DNA of 64,000 bases from Octopus vulgaris (lineage: Eukaryota), in contig OX597817.1 of the NCBI GenBank assembly GCA_951406725.2, positions 88,598,001 through 88,662,000 of the forward strand. Reading direction: 5' to 3'. Shown here one piece after another: positions 26,108 to 40,393 of the stretch. Position numbers and translations under genes: made by a program. The notes under the pieces are model-generated. The model did not search any database and had not been told where the DNA came from. It saw only the letters and a list, made by a program, of their open reading frames with translations. The first letter of the stretch is position 1, and every line of letters begins with the position of its first letter.

Positions 26108-29100
26108 TGCCACGCATCCACACCTGCCCCTGTATATATACTTACTGTTGAGAAACTCAGTTCATAAAGTTAAGAATGTCTGTTTTCATGCTACATACTT
26201 ATAGTAGCTTTTACATGTTATTTATAAGTATATCAGACATATGTGTGCATATTTATCCATACATACAAATTGATAGATGGGCAAATCGCAATAAAGATAA
26301 AGAAATATATAAAAATTTACTTGTACATATCAACTTACAAATTATATACATTCATGCAATTAAATAAACTTATTTAATTCTAAATACTTTTTAATAAATT
26401 TCAGATGTTGCCTCTTCTCACGTTATTTCTTTATTTGACTCGCAGACTGTTTCGTGATACGAGACTTTTTGTTCAGGGTCAAATATTTAGACTGCAAGCT
26501 TTAACAAATCTCCACATGTTTACAGAAGCTACTCAGGTGTTTCAACAGTTAATTAGTGGTTATCACTTGCCTCTGTCTAGTTTAACTACAACACGTTTAA
26601 TTGAACCCAGAGCAGAACACCTGGTTTTTGATTCCTCATCAAATCTCACAGATCCAGGCAACCTAAAGGTAAGTAGTTACCATATTGAGTCTTTTGGTTT
26701 GTTGCAGCATATCCTTACATTAATAAAATACTGATCCCTAATCCACTACAAATTTGTACCTCCTATATGCTCTTTTTATTGTTATTCTCAGTGTTGATTT
26801 TGGAAGAAGCTAGATGACCAAATAAAGCTATTAAGACTGACTGCTTATGCATTATATTTTCCATCTGCTGCTGTGTTTCTTTGCAGAACACTTTATTCTG
26901 TTTGCCTGATTTATCAATATATCTTAGTCTTGTCAACTGAAACATGTACCTAGTAATATCTTGCTTATAAAGATCAGGCTGTCCTTTCTCTAAGCATGTC
27001 AATTAAGTTGAATTTAAAAAAATTTTTTCAAATTATTTCTCGTTATCTTTGTATATCACTGATAAGTGTCACTAGGTTGTTTTGTTTCCTTTCTCTAGAT
27101 AAAAGGGAAATTTTAATCAAGAAATTGTTTGTTTGTACATCATCACTGTTTCACTTTATTATCTGTAATAAGTACCAGATCATCTGGGAATCACATTAAC
27201 GATACATTAGAATTGGAAGTGTTTATGTTATCCACTTGAAGGCAAGAATAAGAGTCTAGAAAACATGCTCTATTACTGGGGTAATTTTTTAACAATTAGC
27301 AATATCTTTCATACATGTAACCAATGGTGATATTTATATATATAGGCACTGGCATGGCCGTGTAGTAAGAAGCTTGCTTTCCAACCACATGCTGTAGATT
27401 CTGATTACATCAGAATTTGTTAGGAAAATTTTTCAGAGGGGAGGTAGAGGAGTTTCAAGTAATTCACAAGAGTCAATTCAGAAAAATAAACCAGTAATAC
27501 TTTTGATACTATTTTTAGGTATTGCATTTGATCTGCAGCAAATATCTGACAAACAATTTAGTTGTTTTATATGGACCACAAGTGTGCAGTGAATTATATC
27601 TGGCTATCATTAGACTTCTCATTACACTTGCTGAGTGTATAAATGTCATTCCTGATGAAGATGAAAGCTTGTAAGTTATTTTAAATGCTATTTCATTATC
27701 ATTAAAATCATAAAATCAGGACAAAAATATTATTTATTTTCTATTCCTAAATAGAGCCTTGTTTTTCTAAGCAAAAGGCATGGATTTCTTGATGGAGCTG
27801 TAACCATATATTGCTTCTAAAACAGATTGTTAGAAGACAGCATAATGAGAGGATATTTTTAAAGTGGGAGATGTTGATCAGAATTGGAAATATGATAAAA
27901 TAATGTTCTTCTTCAATATAATAAACTTAGATTTTAATGTTATTAAATTTTAGTGGATGATCTCATCTCTTTTGAAGAATATGGTGGAATTTAAAATTTT
28001 TTAATAGCTGGCAGAAGCAGTTAAAATTTTCCATGTAGTGGTTTGAAAGGAAATAGAAAGGGAGAAAAGAGGTTTGTATTGTTGTCACAGGAGTTATCTG
28101 AAATTAGGAGGCTCATGTGAACACAGCTTTCTGTTAATCAATAGGAATATACTCAGTTTAATTTAATTGTAATTTTGAGTTGAAATTCTAAATCAGAGAG
28201 AGAGAGAGAGAGAGAGAGAGATCATATTCTTGGAATCAAAGTATTAGGATTTAAGCCTTGCTGGGTTTCATTATCATTGATGTATGGTAAGGACTTTTGC
28301 ATTCTTGTCACTTTGTAAACAGTTTATAGGTTATTAATGATGAGAAGATAAAAACCTCAGATAAGATGAAGCACTAGAACTGGTAGTGGGGAGTGACTAA
28401 AAATGTATTCCCATTACAGACTACTACAGTTTGGTTATGCTGTGTCTGGTAGAAGAAAAATATCTGAGTGAATAAGGTTTTAGTTTTCTTTTTCAAGTAG
28501 TTTGAATTCAAACAAGAGCATGCAGAGAGTGCAAACCTCTGCCAAGGCAACACCAACGTCCTCTCAACGATTAGCTAGAGATGATTTTCAAAATGAGAAT
28601 ATCTGAAATAAGCTTGACTGCTCTCACAAACAAGAATACTAAAAATGAACCTGACCGCTCTCAAAAATTAAGTAAAAAAGCAAGAAAAATAATTCAGAAC
28701 CCTTGTCTAGTACCGGATTGATCCCAAAATTTAATTAGTTTATGCCAGTCATGAGGCCAAATATCCCTGAAAGTTTCAACCAAATCCATATGGCGGTTCT
28801 TGAGATATCTTGTCCACAGACAAACAAACAAACACGACTGAAAACAGTACCTCTGCTTTCACTAAGGTGGAGGTAATAAGGGCTGCAAGCCAGTTTATTC
28901 TACATTACCTCAGTTTACTGGCCTTGTTAAGAATAGGTACCAAATCATGAAGGAATGTTGTCTGTGTTAGACCAGCTGTCTATCTTGTGATAAATAAGTA
29001 AGTAGTGTTGGCCCACAAAAGGAGACATTGACATTTTCAGGTCTTTGCATTGTGAGAGCTAACCCTACTAAAGTCAACATTACTTTTCACACTTCTAGGG

Positions 29101-29222
29101 TTATTGAAATAAAGTATCAGTCAAGTGATAAGGTTGAGCTCTCTCTCTCTCTTTCTTTCTCTCTCTCTCTACCTCTCTCTCTCTCACACACACACATGTG
29201 CACTCACACACACGCACACGTG

Positions 29223-29259
<37 letters not shown>

Positions 29260-32208
29260 ACCCGGAACTGACAGTGCTGCACTGAGAGAAAGATGCATAA
29301 GTGCCCACCTACAGTATCCCTTTCTTCCAAGACTCAATTTCATTCTATCAGACAGGAAAAATGTGGTTACTGGGAATCTGGTAGTGTGTGTGGCATATGA
29401 TGACGATAAGTATATTATATTATGGTATATGTGTATGTAATCGACTAGCCCCTCCTGTGAGCATACAGATAAAATATTCAATATGTATGATGAGATGGCT
29501 AAAAAAATTACAAAGGCATTTTGTTAATAAGGAACATATATAAAAGGATAATAAATTAATATTTAAAAGCACAATTATTTGCTCAGGCATAATTTTAAAT
29601 GCTAAAACAGACTAAATGCTGCTAAACATTTTGCCTGGATTGTTAATGTTTCTGCTAGCAGATTTATATAGTAATTATTAATTATGTTTTTATCTTTCTT
29701 TCATTTCAATTAGTGCCACAATTATTAAAATTGTACATGGACATGACGGTGGTAAGTACAGCTGTATTTTTGTGTTCTTTATTCTTCTGATTTACATATA
29801 GTCCCATGAAAAATAAATTTGGTCCATTTATAGTTTGAGCAAGGCTGATTACAGTAAAAGTTTGATAACTCTCCTTGAAAGCTCTTTTCATTGGTTGTCT
29901 GTTTCTTTCAGTTGCAATAGAGAGAATCATTTTGTTAGGTGTGAGTTTTGTTTTATCAATTAATTTATTAATTTATTTATCTTGTGTCAGTTACTTCCAC
30001 TTATTCTATGTAGAACATTGAACAGCAACAAAAGATTTCCATCCTCTGTGGTCTTCCACATCCTATTAGCTCAATGCCTCTGCATCTAGATCCTTTAGAA
30101 TTGTCTTCTTCCATGTCATTAATAGGTATCCATATTTCCTTTTCTCACCTTCTGGCTTGCAATTGAAGGAGAGATTTGGATGTCTTGTTGATGGCATTTT
30201 AAAAAATGTCCAAGAAACCTCAGATGATGATCTTTCACTGTGATGTTTAGTCGTTTCTGACTGGTTCTCCCATAGACTTCTTCATTAGTTATTCTGTCTT
30301 GTCACGAGACATTGATAATCCTTTGGAGGCACCACTGATGGAATACATCTAGCTTGTGGATGAGTCCTGCTGTCATCTTCCACATTTCACTGACCAAAGA
30401 ACTGTAGAAAACTATCTTGCTTCTTAGAGTCATCTGATTTATCTTATTTTGTATTGGTGAAGTAAATTTTATTTAATGAAATGAAGTACAAGACATCACA
30501 TACTTTTCCTACAATTATTATTTTTCCATTTCAACTATAAAGTACTTAATATGCATATATAGAAGAAACTATTTTCATCTGTTTAAATCTTTTCAGTGTG
30601 AAGTAAAGGTTTTTTTAATTCCATTTCATTATTTACACTGCAGTGGGGATAAGACAAAATATATGGAGAGAGCATTTCACTTTAAAAAAAATCATTTCTG
30701 TTGGTAGTTCATAGCTCATCAGTTGTATAGAAAGATGTGGAAAAATAAACATAATTTTAAAATTTATATTAGAAAGATGCTATAAGAAAAGTGAGAGCTG
30801 ATTGCTGGTAATCATTTCCCCAGAGCTGAATCTGTAGGGGAATTAAAGAGAAAATACTAGGCATGGAAGCTAAACCCAAAATCGAGGGGCCTCAAGGTAA
30901 ACTTAGCAAAGACAAAAGTTTTAGTAAGTAAGAAAGTGGGTGGATCTTCAGGGAAGATACTTAGTATCTTCAGGGAAATGGTCTTACTTGATATGTAGAA
31001 AAAGAGTAAGTATAAACTCCATAGGCTGTACCCAAAGTAAGCTATGAACATACAAAAAGTATAGCAGAATAGTGGAGAAAATAATCTTTGTATGTGATAG
31101 ATGCCCTGGAACAGTACATACTATGAGCACACAGGAAATGGATTCTCTTAGATGCCCAGATGGCTCACTAGAAATAGGTAATAGCTTTTGTTATCTAGGG
31201 AATGTAATTAGCAGGGGATATAGTTGTTCTGAATGTATAGCAGCAGGAGTAAGAACAGGTTAGAAAAAGTTTAGGGAGCTTCTACAGTTGCTGGCAACAA
31301 AGGTATTTTTCCTCAGGACAGAGTGTATGATTTTTGTTTTAGAACTATGAACTATGATGATGCATGTTAGTGAGACACGGGCCCTGAATGTAGAGGACTT
31401 GAAATGACTGTAAAGAAATGAAGCAACTATGTTTCATTGAATGCACAATGCAAGTGTCCATGAACAACATAGTACAAATGTGCTGAGAGTAAAACTGGGT
31501 ATAAGAGGAATCAGATGTAGTGCACAAGAAAAAAGATTGCATTGGTTTGGACATGCTTTGTGTATGAATGGGGATAGCTATATAAAGAAATGCTTAAAGA
31601 ACTACTAATCACTTAATGTGGATAGAGCTTGTCTAGAAAGACGTCGGAATAAGTGGTGAAGGCTGATCTCTGGATCTTGAACTTCATGGAAGAGATGACA
31701 AAGGACTGGGATAATTGGCAATCTGCAGTTCTTGAGAAGACCTGCCCAGCTCAGCACAACAAATTTCTGGAAGCACTCTGTGTGTGTGTATGTGTGTGTG
31801 TGTTTGTTCACTAGTGTGAACATGTTATCTTTAAGATAGCATTTTTTACATGGGTTTAATATCATTGTTTCATATATTCCTATAGTGTATATGTGTAAGT
31901 ATACATATGGCATGCATGTGGGAAAAACGCTGGCAAGGCATGCAACATGAATGAAGCTCAAACATCAATTATGGAAAATGTATAGTAGTGCTATAAGATG
32001 AAATGCAACTATGTTAAAAGAATGTGCATTTATGAAGCAATGAAAAATTACTACCTAAATACTGGCAATAAATTTTAATATACATACATACATACATAAA
32101 TACATACATACATACATACATACATACATGCATGCATGCATGCATACATACATACATGCATGCATACATGCATGCATGCATGCATACATACATACATACA
32201 TACATACA

Positions 32209-32239
<31 letters not shown>

Positions 32240-35200
32240 GTATGTACATATGTAGATAGATAGACAGATAGACAAACAGACAGACAGACAGACAGACACA
32301 GGCACACATGCATGCACACACTGACACACATACACGCACACTATGATGCACAAGTTGGACTGACAGGTGAACTGAAGGATCACTTTTATGAGTACCTTCT
32401 GAAGATTACCTCAATGGTAGATGACAAAATCTTTATTACTGTGGCTGGTGATATCCACAGACATGCCAAGCAGTACTCCATTGGATTTCTTGCTGAATAT
32501 GGAGGTTATGGCTTTGGTTCTAGAAATGAGGCGGGAACAAGATTACTGGCATTCTCTGGGGCTAATGACTTGTTGATCTGCAACACTAAGTTTAGAAAAC
32601 TCACCAGCTACTTGATCACCTATAAATACAGTAAACACAAAAGCCAAATTGACTACATTCTCACTAGAAAACATGATAGGCTTGTGAAAACAAAGTTCTT
32701 TCCTGGTGAAGAATGTACTTCCCAACTTAGGTTAGTTATAAGTGACTTCAGACTTAGAGGTAGAACACAAACCAATCTGGAAAAGGAAAAACTGGAAGCT
32801 TAGAGATCTTTCAAACAGTCAAAGATTTAGAGATGTATTAATTAAAGCATTTGATGAAAAGGAGACAATAGAGATGTATAACATAGAGGACAATTAGACA
32901 TTTTTACAAGACAATCTACTAATGGCTTCAGACTAAATTTGTGCTTAGTGCAAAATTCCATCCAGACCAAGGGTGATATGGTGGCAGAACAGGGAAGTAG
33001 ATAGAACAACAAAAGTGAGGAGACAGGCTCAAAAGGTTTGAGAGAATGGGGGCAGCAAAGAACTTTACCCAGTAGCTGTAAGAGAAACTAGAAGGCAGGT
33101 CTATTTAGCAAGGGAAGATGCATAAAAGAAAGGTTTGCCAATGTTCTATACCCTGAAGATCAATGACATGAGGTATTCCAGATTTCAAAGCAGTGTAGCA
33201 GAGAAAGTTTGAGATGCTGTGGGACAGAAATGTGTGTGGAAGTATGATGGTATGCTTGCATTTAATGATTCTGAAAAGAAGGAATGCTATTATGACTGGT
33301 TATTAAATGTGGAGAATGCATTGGGAAAAGAGAGTCTTCCTAACGTGAACCTGACAGAGAGTCCAGCCATTCATGTTGACTGTAGAGTTATAGATAAAGT
33401 AATTAAGAAAAGAAAAACAGAAAAAAGCCCCTGTTCCATCAGAAATTACCTGTGAAATGCTTCAATTATCTGGCAGTGTAAGATATGGCCTAGTCACATG
33501 TATATTTAATTAGTTTGTACAGGAAGGCATCATACTCTATGATTGGTGTAGTAGCATCATAGTCAACTGTTACAAAGGTAAAAGAATTGCCGTGGGAAGA
33601 AGTAATTACAAAAATGTCAAATTACTGGACCAGATTATAAAAGTCACTGAAAGAGTCATAACCCTTTAGAAAGAGGGTTAACCTAGATGAGATGCTGTTT
33701 GGTTTCGTGCCTGGAAGAAGCAGTATTGAATAGTATTCAGCAAAAAGTAAACCACTGTACTTGGCATTCATTGACCTGAAGAAAGCCTCTGACAAGTTGT
33801 TTCAAGCCCTCGTCTAGTGGTTGATGTAAATGCTAGGAGTAGATTAATGGCTAGTGAGAGCCGTTCAAGCCGTGTACAGTGATGCTATTAGCAAAGTGAG
33901 AGTTAACAATAAGTACAGCAGTGAATTTAGTGTGTATGTAGGAGTTTATCAGGGTTCGGTTATCAATTCCCTCTTATTTATTACAATCCTCCTGGCCATA
34001 ACACAGGAATTTAAGACTACTTGCCCATGAGAACTCCTCTATGCTGATGAACTTGTTAATATAGCTGAAAGTGTAGAAAAATTAGATTAAAATTCCAAGT
34101 ATGGAAACAAAACTTGGAATCATAGGATTTTAAGGTTAACTTAGCAAAGATTAAAGTTCTAGTTAGCAGGAAAAAAAACAGAACACTAATCCCTTTGGGT
34201 AAATAGCTCTGCTCCATATGTAGACTAGGTGCAGGTAGAAATTCCATATAGTATGGTCAATGCAAACTATGGACACACAAGAGATGCAGTGGATTCAAAG
34301 GAAGGTTAACAGAGAAAGTAGAATTTGTTTGTGGTAGGTGCACAGGAGCAATAAATAATGGTTTCAAATTCCGGGACAAGGCCAGCAATTTCATGGGAGG
34401 GATAAGTCAATTACATTGTAATCTACTACCCTCCTCCCTAAAATTTCAGGCCTTGCACCTAATGTAGAAAGGATTATTTTTGTTAGTAAAATAAATCTAA
34501 GTTTAATGGAATGAAGTATATCTTATTACATGATATTTCTACATTTTCATTTTTTTCTTCTCATGTCAACTAAATAGTCTTTAATACTCATATATAGCAG
34601 AAACATCATTGAATTCAGTTGTATCTTCTCAATTACAAATTCTAAAATAATCAATAAAAATGCATAGATAAAATTGTGTTAAATCATGGGTTATTCCATC
34701 ATGCCATATTATCTGTCAATTAGTTCTTCAAAATCTGAAATAACTGAATTTTTTATTCTTGATAATATTTTCAATGAAATCAACAAGTTGCTTTCATAGC
34801 TAGAATAGGTGATCTCTCCATCAACTAATTTTCTCTGTTCCTTTGTAACATAGGAGTAGTGATTTCATTTTGTTTTCCTTTCTTACTGTTGCATTAATGC
34901 AAAATAAATCAATCTAAGGAAGTAAGCTGCAAAAGTTGTAGGAAGAGAAAGAAAAGGCAATATTTTGTAGTTGGTTGAGTCATTTCAAAATCACTGAAAA
35001 TGTTTTCTGTATGGTGTAGTTCAAAGCACTGTACATTGGTGGAATCTTTAATGAATTATCCAGACCTAAAATTTGAGCTCAACATTGCTAGGTAATGAAT
35101 TCCTAGTGATTAATATAGAGCCCCCACTTTAGTGAGTCAATTGTAATAAGTTATTTACAGTATTTAGTTTCACTTCTCTTATTTCTGAGCTGAGATCCAG

Positions 35201-38200
35201 TCAACTTTGACAAAAATAAGTATCAATATCATATGTCTCTACAAATATTAGCTTTGTGCTTTCTTGAAAGAAATTGATATTCATTATCTATGGATGCTTT
35301 CCTGCAACTTGATAGCAGATCTCTTGGGTTTATATCCTGCTTCAGTCAATTTTCTTTTGGAAATTTTTGATTGATTTTTGATTTTTCCAGTTTCAGCTAA
35401 TGAGCTGTGGCCATGCTGGGGCACTGCCATTTGACAATTTATTTAAAATAAGTGGTGTTAATATAAGTGTCTGTTCTTTTAAGGCAGCAAGCTGACAGAA
35501 TCATTAGCACATTGAGTAAAATGCTTAGCAGCATTCAAATTCTAGCAATGTTGACTTTGCCTTTCATCCCTTCAGGGTCAATTATCTAAGTACCAGTTGA
35601 ACACTGGGGTTGATATAATCAACTTATCCCCTCCCTGAAACTGCTGGTCTTGTGCCAAAATTTGAAACCATTATTAGTGTCTGTTTTACAGTGTATCTGC
35701 AAAAGATGTCAATGTTATTCATGGTAATACAGATTGGGGTAATGGCAGAAATAGTTATACTGAACTAAACTGAATGCCTTACATAATTTACTTTCAGTCT
35801 TTTTAGTCTTAAGTTTGCATCTCACTTAAGGTTGATTTTGTATTTCAAAAAAAAATAGATATCAGTCATATACCTGAGTCAATTCAATAACTATGTCTCC
35901 CCTCTAATTTTTATGTTCTTGTGGTAATCTAAGAAATTAATATCATATATTATAATTCTTTCTACTATAGGTACAAGGCCTGAAATTTGTGGGGAGGGGC
36001 TAGTCGATTACATTATCCCCAGCGCATTATTGATACTTATTTTATTGAACCCAAAAGGAAGAAAGACAAAGTTGACGTCAGTGGAATTTAACCACAGAAT
36101 GTATAACTGGAAGAAATACCACCAAGCATTTTGTCCAGCATGCTAATGATTCTGCCAGCTCACTGCTTTGTAATAATAAACACAAAGATTACTGAGATTG
36201 ATATGATTGTTATATAATGTATTGTATATGATAATGTGTTTCAGTTTAATGTACTTTTCACTTGTAGATAATGGTGACATGAGTCAGAATATATTCACAG
36301 CTATGGATGGTCCTGTTACATTGGAACAAATCAAAGGTTTGCTTTTGATTGTAGCAAGCCACAGACTAGAAATACTGATGACTGATTTGCTATCAAAAAC
36401 TGAGACCAAGATCAGTTAGTATATGCTTAATTCTTTTAAATTGTTTTTATTGTATTTTAGAAAAAAACTTTTTAGATAGGTGAGGTGTGGCTGTGTGGTA
36501 AGAAGTTTGCTTCCCAGCCACATGGTCCCGGGTTCAGTTTCACTGCATGGCACCTTAGGCAAATGTCTTCTACCATAGCCTCAGGCCAACCAAAGCATGT
36601 GAATGGATTTTGAAGCTGAAAGAAGCCCATTGTGTGTGTGTGTGTGTGCATGTGTGCATGCGCACGCGCGTGTGTGTGTGTGTGTGTTTGTCCTCCATCA
36701 CTGCTTAACAACTGGTGTTCATGTGTTTATGTCCCCATAACTTAGCGGTTTGGCAAAAGAGACTGAGAATAAGTTCCAGGCCTAAAAGAAAAAGGCAAAA
36801 AGGACATACTCTATTTACTGGTGTATGAAACATACATTTTTATTTTAAACATATCAAAAATATGCTCTAATGTAGCTGTGTCACAGATGGTAGGTTAAAT
36901 GTAGTAGTCTAGGGGGCTACTAGGCACAGTAATTGTTACAAATTGTTAATAATTGTTACTAGAGGGAGTGTCTTTTGCATCTGCAAAGGCAGTATTTTAT
37001 TAATTTATTTGAACTATAACCATGTTATGATAATATACTTGTGGTCAAAATGTTCTTCATTAATTCAAGGTTTCATTGTTTTGAATTAAAAACCCACCAT
37101 TATTAATATTATGTTATGTTTTTGTGGGGTTTGACAAAGCTGTTACTGGGAACTATTTGAGGCAATTATATTGGTTTGCTCTTAAAAATTAGTTTTGATT
37201 CTGAATCAGTCATCATCATCATCATCATCGTCATCGTTATCGTTGTCGTCATTTAATGTCTGCTTTCCATGCTGGCATGGGTTGGATGGTTTGGTTGAGG
37301 GTTGGCAAGCCAGAAGGCTGCACCAAGCTCCAATCCAATCTAGCAAAGTTTCTACAGCTGGATGCCCTTCCTGATGCCAACCACTCTGAGAGCATAATGG
37401 GTGCTTTTTACGTGCCACCAGCATGAGGGCCAGTCAGGCAGTACTGGCAATGACCATGCTTGAATGGTGCTTTTTACGTGTCACTGGCATGGGACCAATC
37501 AGGTGGCACTGGCATCAACCATGCTCAAATAAGCACAGCATATCTCCAAAGGTCTTGGTCACTTGTCATCGCTTCGGTGAGGCCCAGCATTTGAAGATTG
37601 TGCTTCATCACCTCATCCCAGGTCTTCTTGAGTCTACCTCTTCCACAGGTTCTCCTCCTATGTTAGGCTGTGACACTTTTTCACACAGCTGTCTTCATCC
37701 ATACACAACACATGACCATACCTGCACAGTCGTCTCTCTTACACATCACATCTGATGCTTCTTATGTCCATCTTTTCTCTCAGGGTGCTTACACTCTGTC
37801 ATGTATGCACACTGATATTACACATTCCTTGCAAGCTTACGCATGTCCTCAGCAGTTACAGCCCATGTTTTACTGCCATGTAGCATGACTGTTTGCACAC
37901 ATATGTCATACAGTCTACCTTTTACTCTGAGCGAGAGGCCCTTTGTCACCAGCAGAGGTAGGAGCTCTCTGAACTTTGCCCAGGCTATTCTTATTCTAGC
38001 AGCTACACTCTCAGAGCATCCACCCCCATTACTGACTTGGTCACCTAGGTAATGGAAGCTATCAATTACTTCTAGTTTTTCCCCCTTGAAGGTGATGGAA
38101 GTTGTTTTCTACGCATTTTAGTGTTTATTGCCCCTGAGCATTTGCCACATGCAAAAGCTATCTTCCCAGTTAGACTTGCTTTGATATTACTGCACCTCTT

Positions 38201-40346
38201 AAGTGTCCATAGCTTACACCAAGTATATCATATGAAGTTTCTACATATGTCTTTTCTACAGATTGAGCAGAGCCATCTACCTGAAGGGATTTGTGGTTTG
38301 TCTGCCTTCCTACTTATTAAGCCCTTGGTTTTTGCTAGATTGACTCTAAGGCCCTTCTATTCTAGACCTTGCTTCCACACCTGAACTTCTCCTCTATTTC
38401 TGATAGCAATTCAGCTATTAGAGCAAGGTCATCAGCACAGAGGAGCTCCCAGGGACATCCTGTCTTGAATTCCTCTGTTATTGCCTGGAGGATTATGATG
38501 AATAAGAGGGGGCTGAGGACTGATCCTTGGTGAACCCCTATCCCTACCTGGAATTCTTCACTGTACTTTTTGCCAACCCTCACCTTACTGATAGCATCCC
38601 TTACATCACTTTTCATCTCTCACTAATCACTCATCTATCCCTGGTCTCCACATTGACCACCAGCTAAGGGATTGGGGGACCTTGTCAAAGGCTTTCTCCA
38701 TGCCAAAGAAAGCCAGGTACAGAGGTTTATCTTTGGTTAGGTATTTCCTTGCAAGTAATGTGTAATGTCAGTGTGCATACATGACAGAGTGTAAGCACCT
38801 TGAGAGAAAAGTTGGACATAAGAAGCATCAGATGTGATGTGCAAGCTCTCTTACCAGAAATATAGCATCAGTGGTGCTTTTCTCTGGCACAAACCCAAAC
38901 TGCATCTCGTCTAGACTGACTCTCTCCCTAATTAGTTGGGTTATGACCCTCTCCATGACTGTCATTACCTGATCCAAAAACTTGATACCTCTGTAATTAT
39001 TCATATCTAATGCAGTTGACTATGTTGCTGCTACACCAGTCATTGGCTATGACTCCTTCATGTATCACCTGATTGACTATGCAAGTGACTAGACTAACCC
39101 TAACTGACACCACCAGATATTTTAAGAATCTCTGCGGTTATTCATAATGGGCTGGGGGCTTTCCCTGTCTTCATACCCTTAATTGCTTTATCTACCGAGG
39201 TACTGTCAATTCGGATAGCTGGTCCCTCTGTTGGGTTGGCATTCAGCAGACTCTCTTTCTCCCATTCATTCTCTTCCTTTAGCAACCTTTCATAGTGGTG
39301 TCTCCAAGTCTCTCTCTTTGCAGCCTCATTAAATGCAAGTGAGCTGTCATCCATGCAGATACATTTCTTTCCTATGGCATCACAATTCTCTCTCACGCAC
39401 TGTCTTGAAACATGAAACACTTCTTTGGTCCTCACAACACAGAACATTGGCAATTTTTTTCTTATCTGCTTCCCCTCTGGCTAAGTAAACCTGTCTCCTA
39501 GCTTCCCTTCTGGCAATCTGGTACAATTCCCTGCTACCACCATTCTTCCAGTCCTTCCAAGCCTGTTTCTTTTCCCTAATGGCCCTGTCAACTTCATTGT
39601 TCCACCACCACATTATCTTGGTTCGAGAGGGGACTTTGCACCATCCATAGATCTGGTCAGTAGCCCTCAGCAAGTTGTCCTGTAGAAATCTCCAGTTGTC
39701 TTCCACATCATGTGATGCTATATTCCCCTCTATTTTGTCAAAAGCTTCGAGTAATATGTCTCTAAATCTCTGTCCATTCACAGGATCCTTAAGCTTCCAG
39801 ACCCTTCTCCTTCATGCTGGTCGACTTCTGGACATCCATTTAGCCCTGATCCTGAAGTCACTAACTAGTCAGTTATTAATTCATTTATTACCAAAATGTT
39901 TTAAAGCAAAACTGGTTAGATTACATTAATCTTCTTTGTTGGTCTAAAGTATTTTCATAAGTTTGTCCTAAATGTCCATGCTTGTTTTCAAACATTTAAT
40001 TATCCCTTATTTCACATATTTTTAGTAATATAAAAATTTCCTTTCATAAATCATAAATTACTCTGGTGTCTGAAAAAAACTGTGAATGCATATCATATAT
40101 GTTACATAGGTGCCAGAGAAACATGTGATACACAGGGTAGGCAAAGGATTGAATCATTTCAATTCAATATTTTACAATTTGTTTTCAATGAAATTAAGAC
40201 ATTTTGCATGAGCTATTAGTCATTTACTTATGTTAGTCTGTGGCACCCACGAAATATTTATGGCTGCCTATAGCACCCTACATAATATCAACAATTCAAC
40301 AATATATAATCTATATTTTTGTAATTTTAATATGTCTGTCTGTCTG

Positions 40347-40393
<47 letters not shown>

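Noticed and set aside
25775-26204. Several 98-112 aa ORFs (YIYI/CVCV repeats); similar ones at 13926..14409, 29028..29481 and 32014..32383
   Set aside because: They are translations of microsatellites that lack stop codons.
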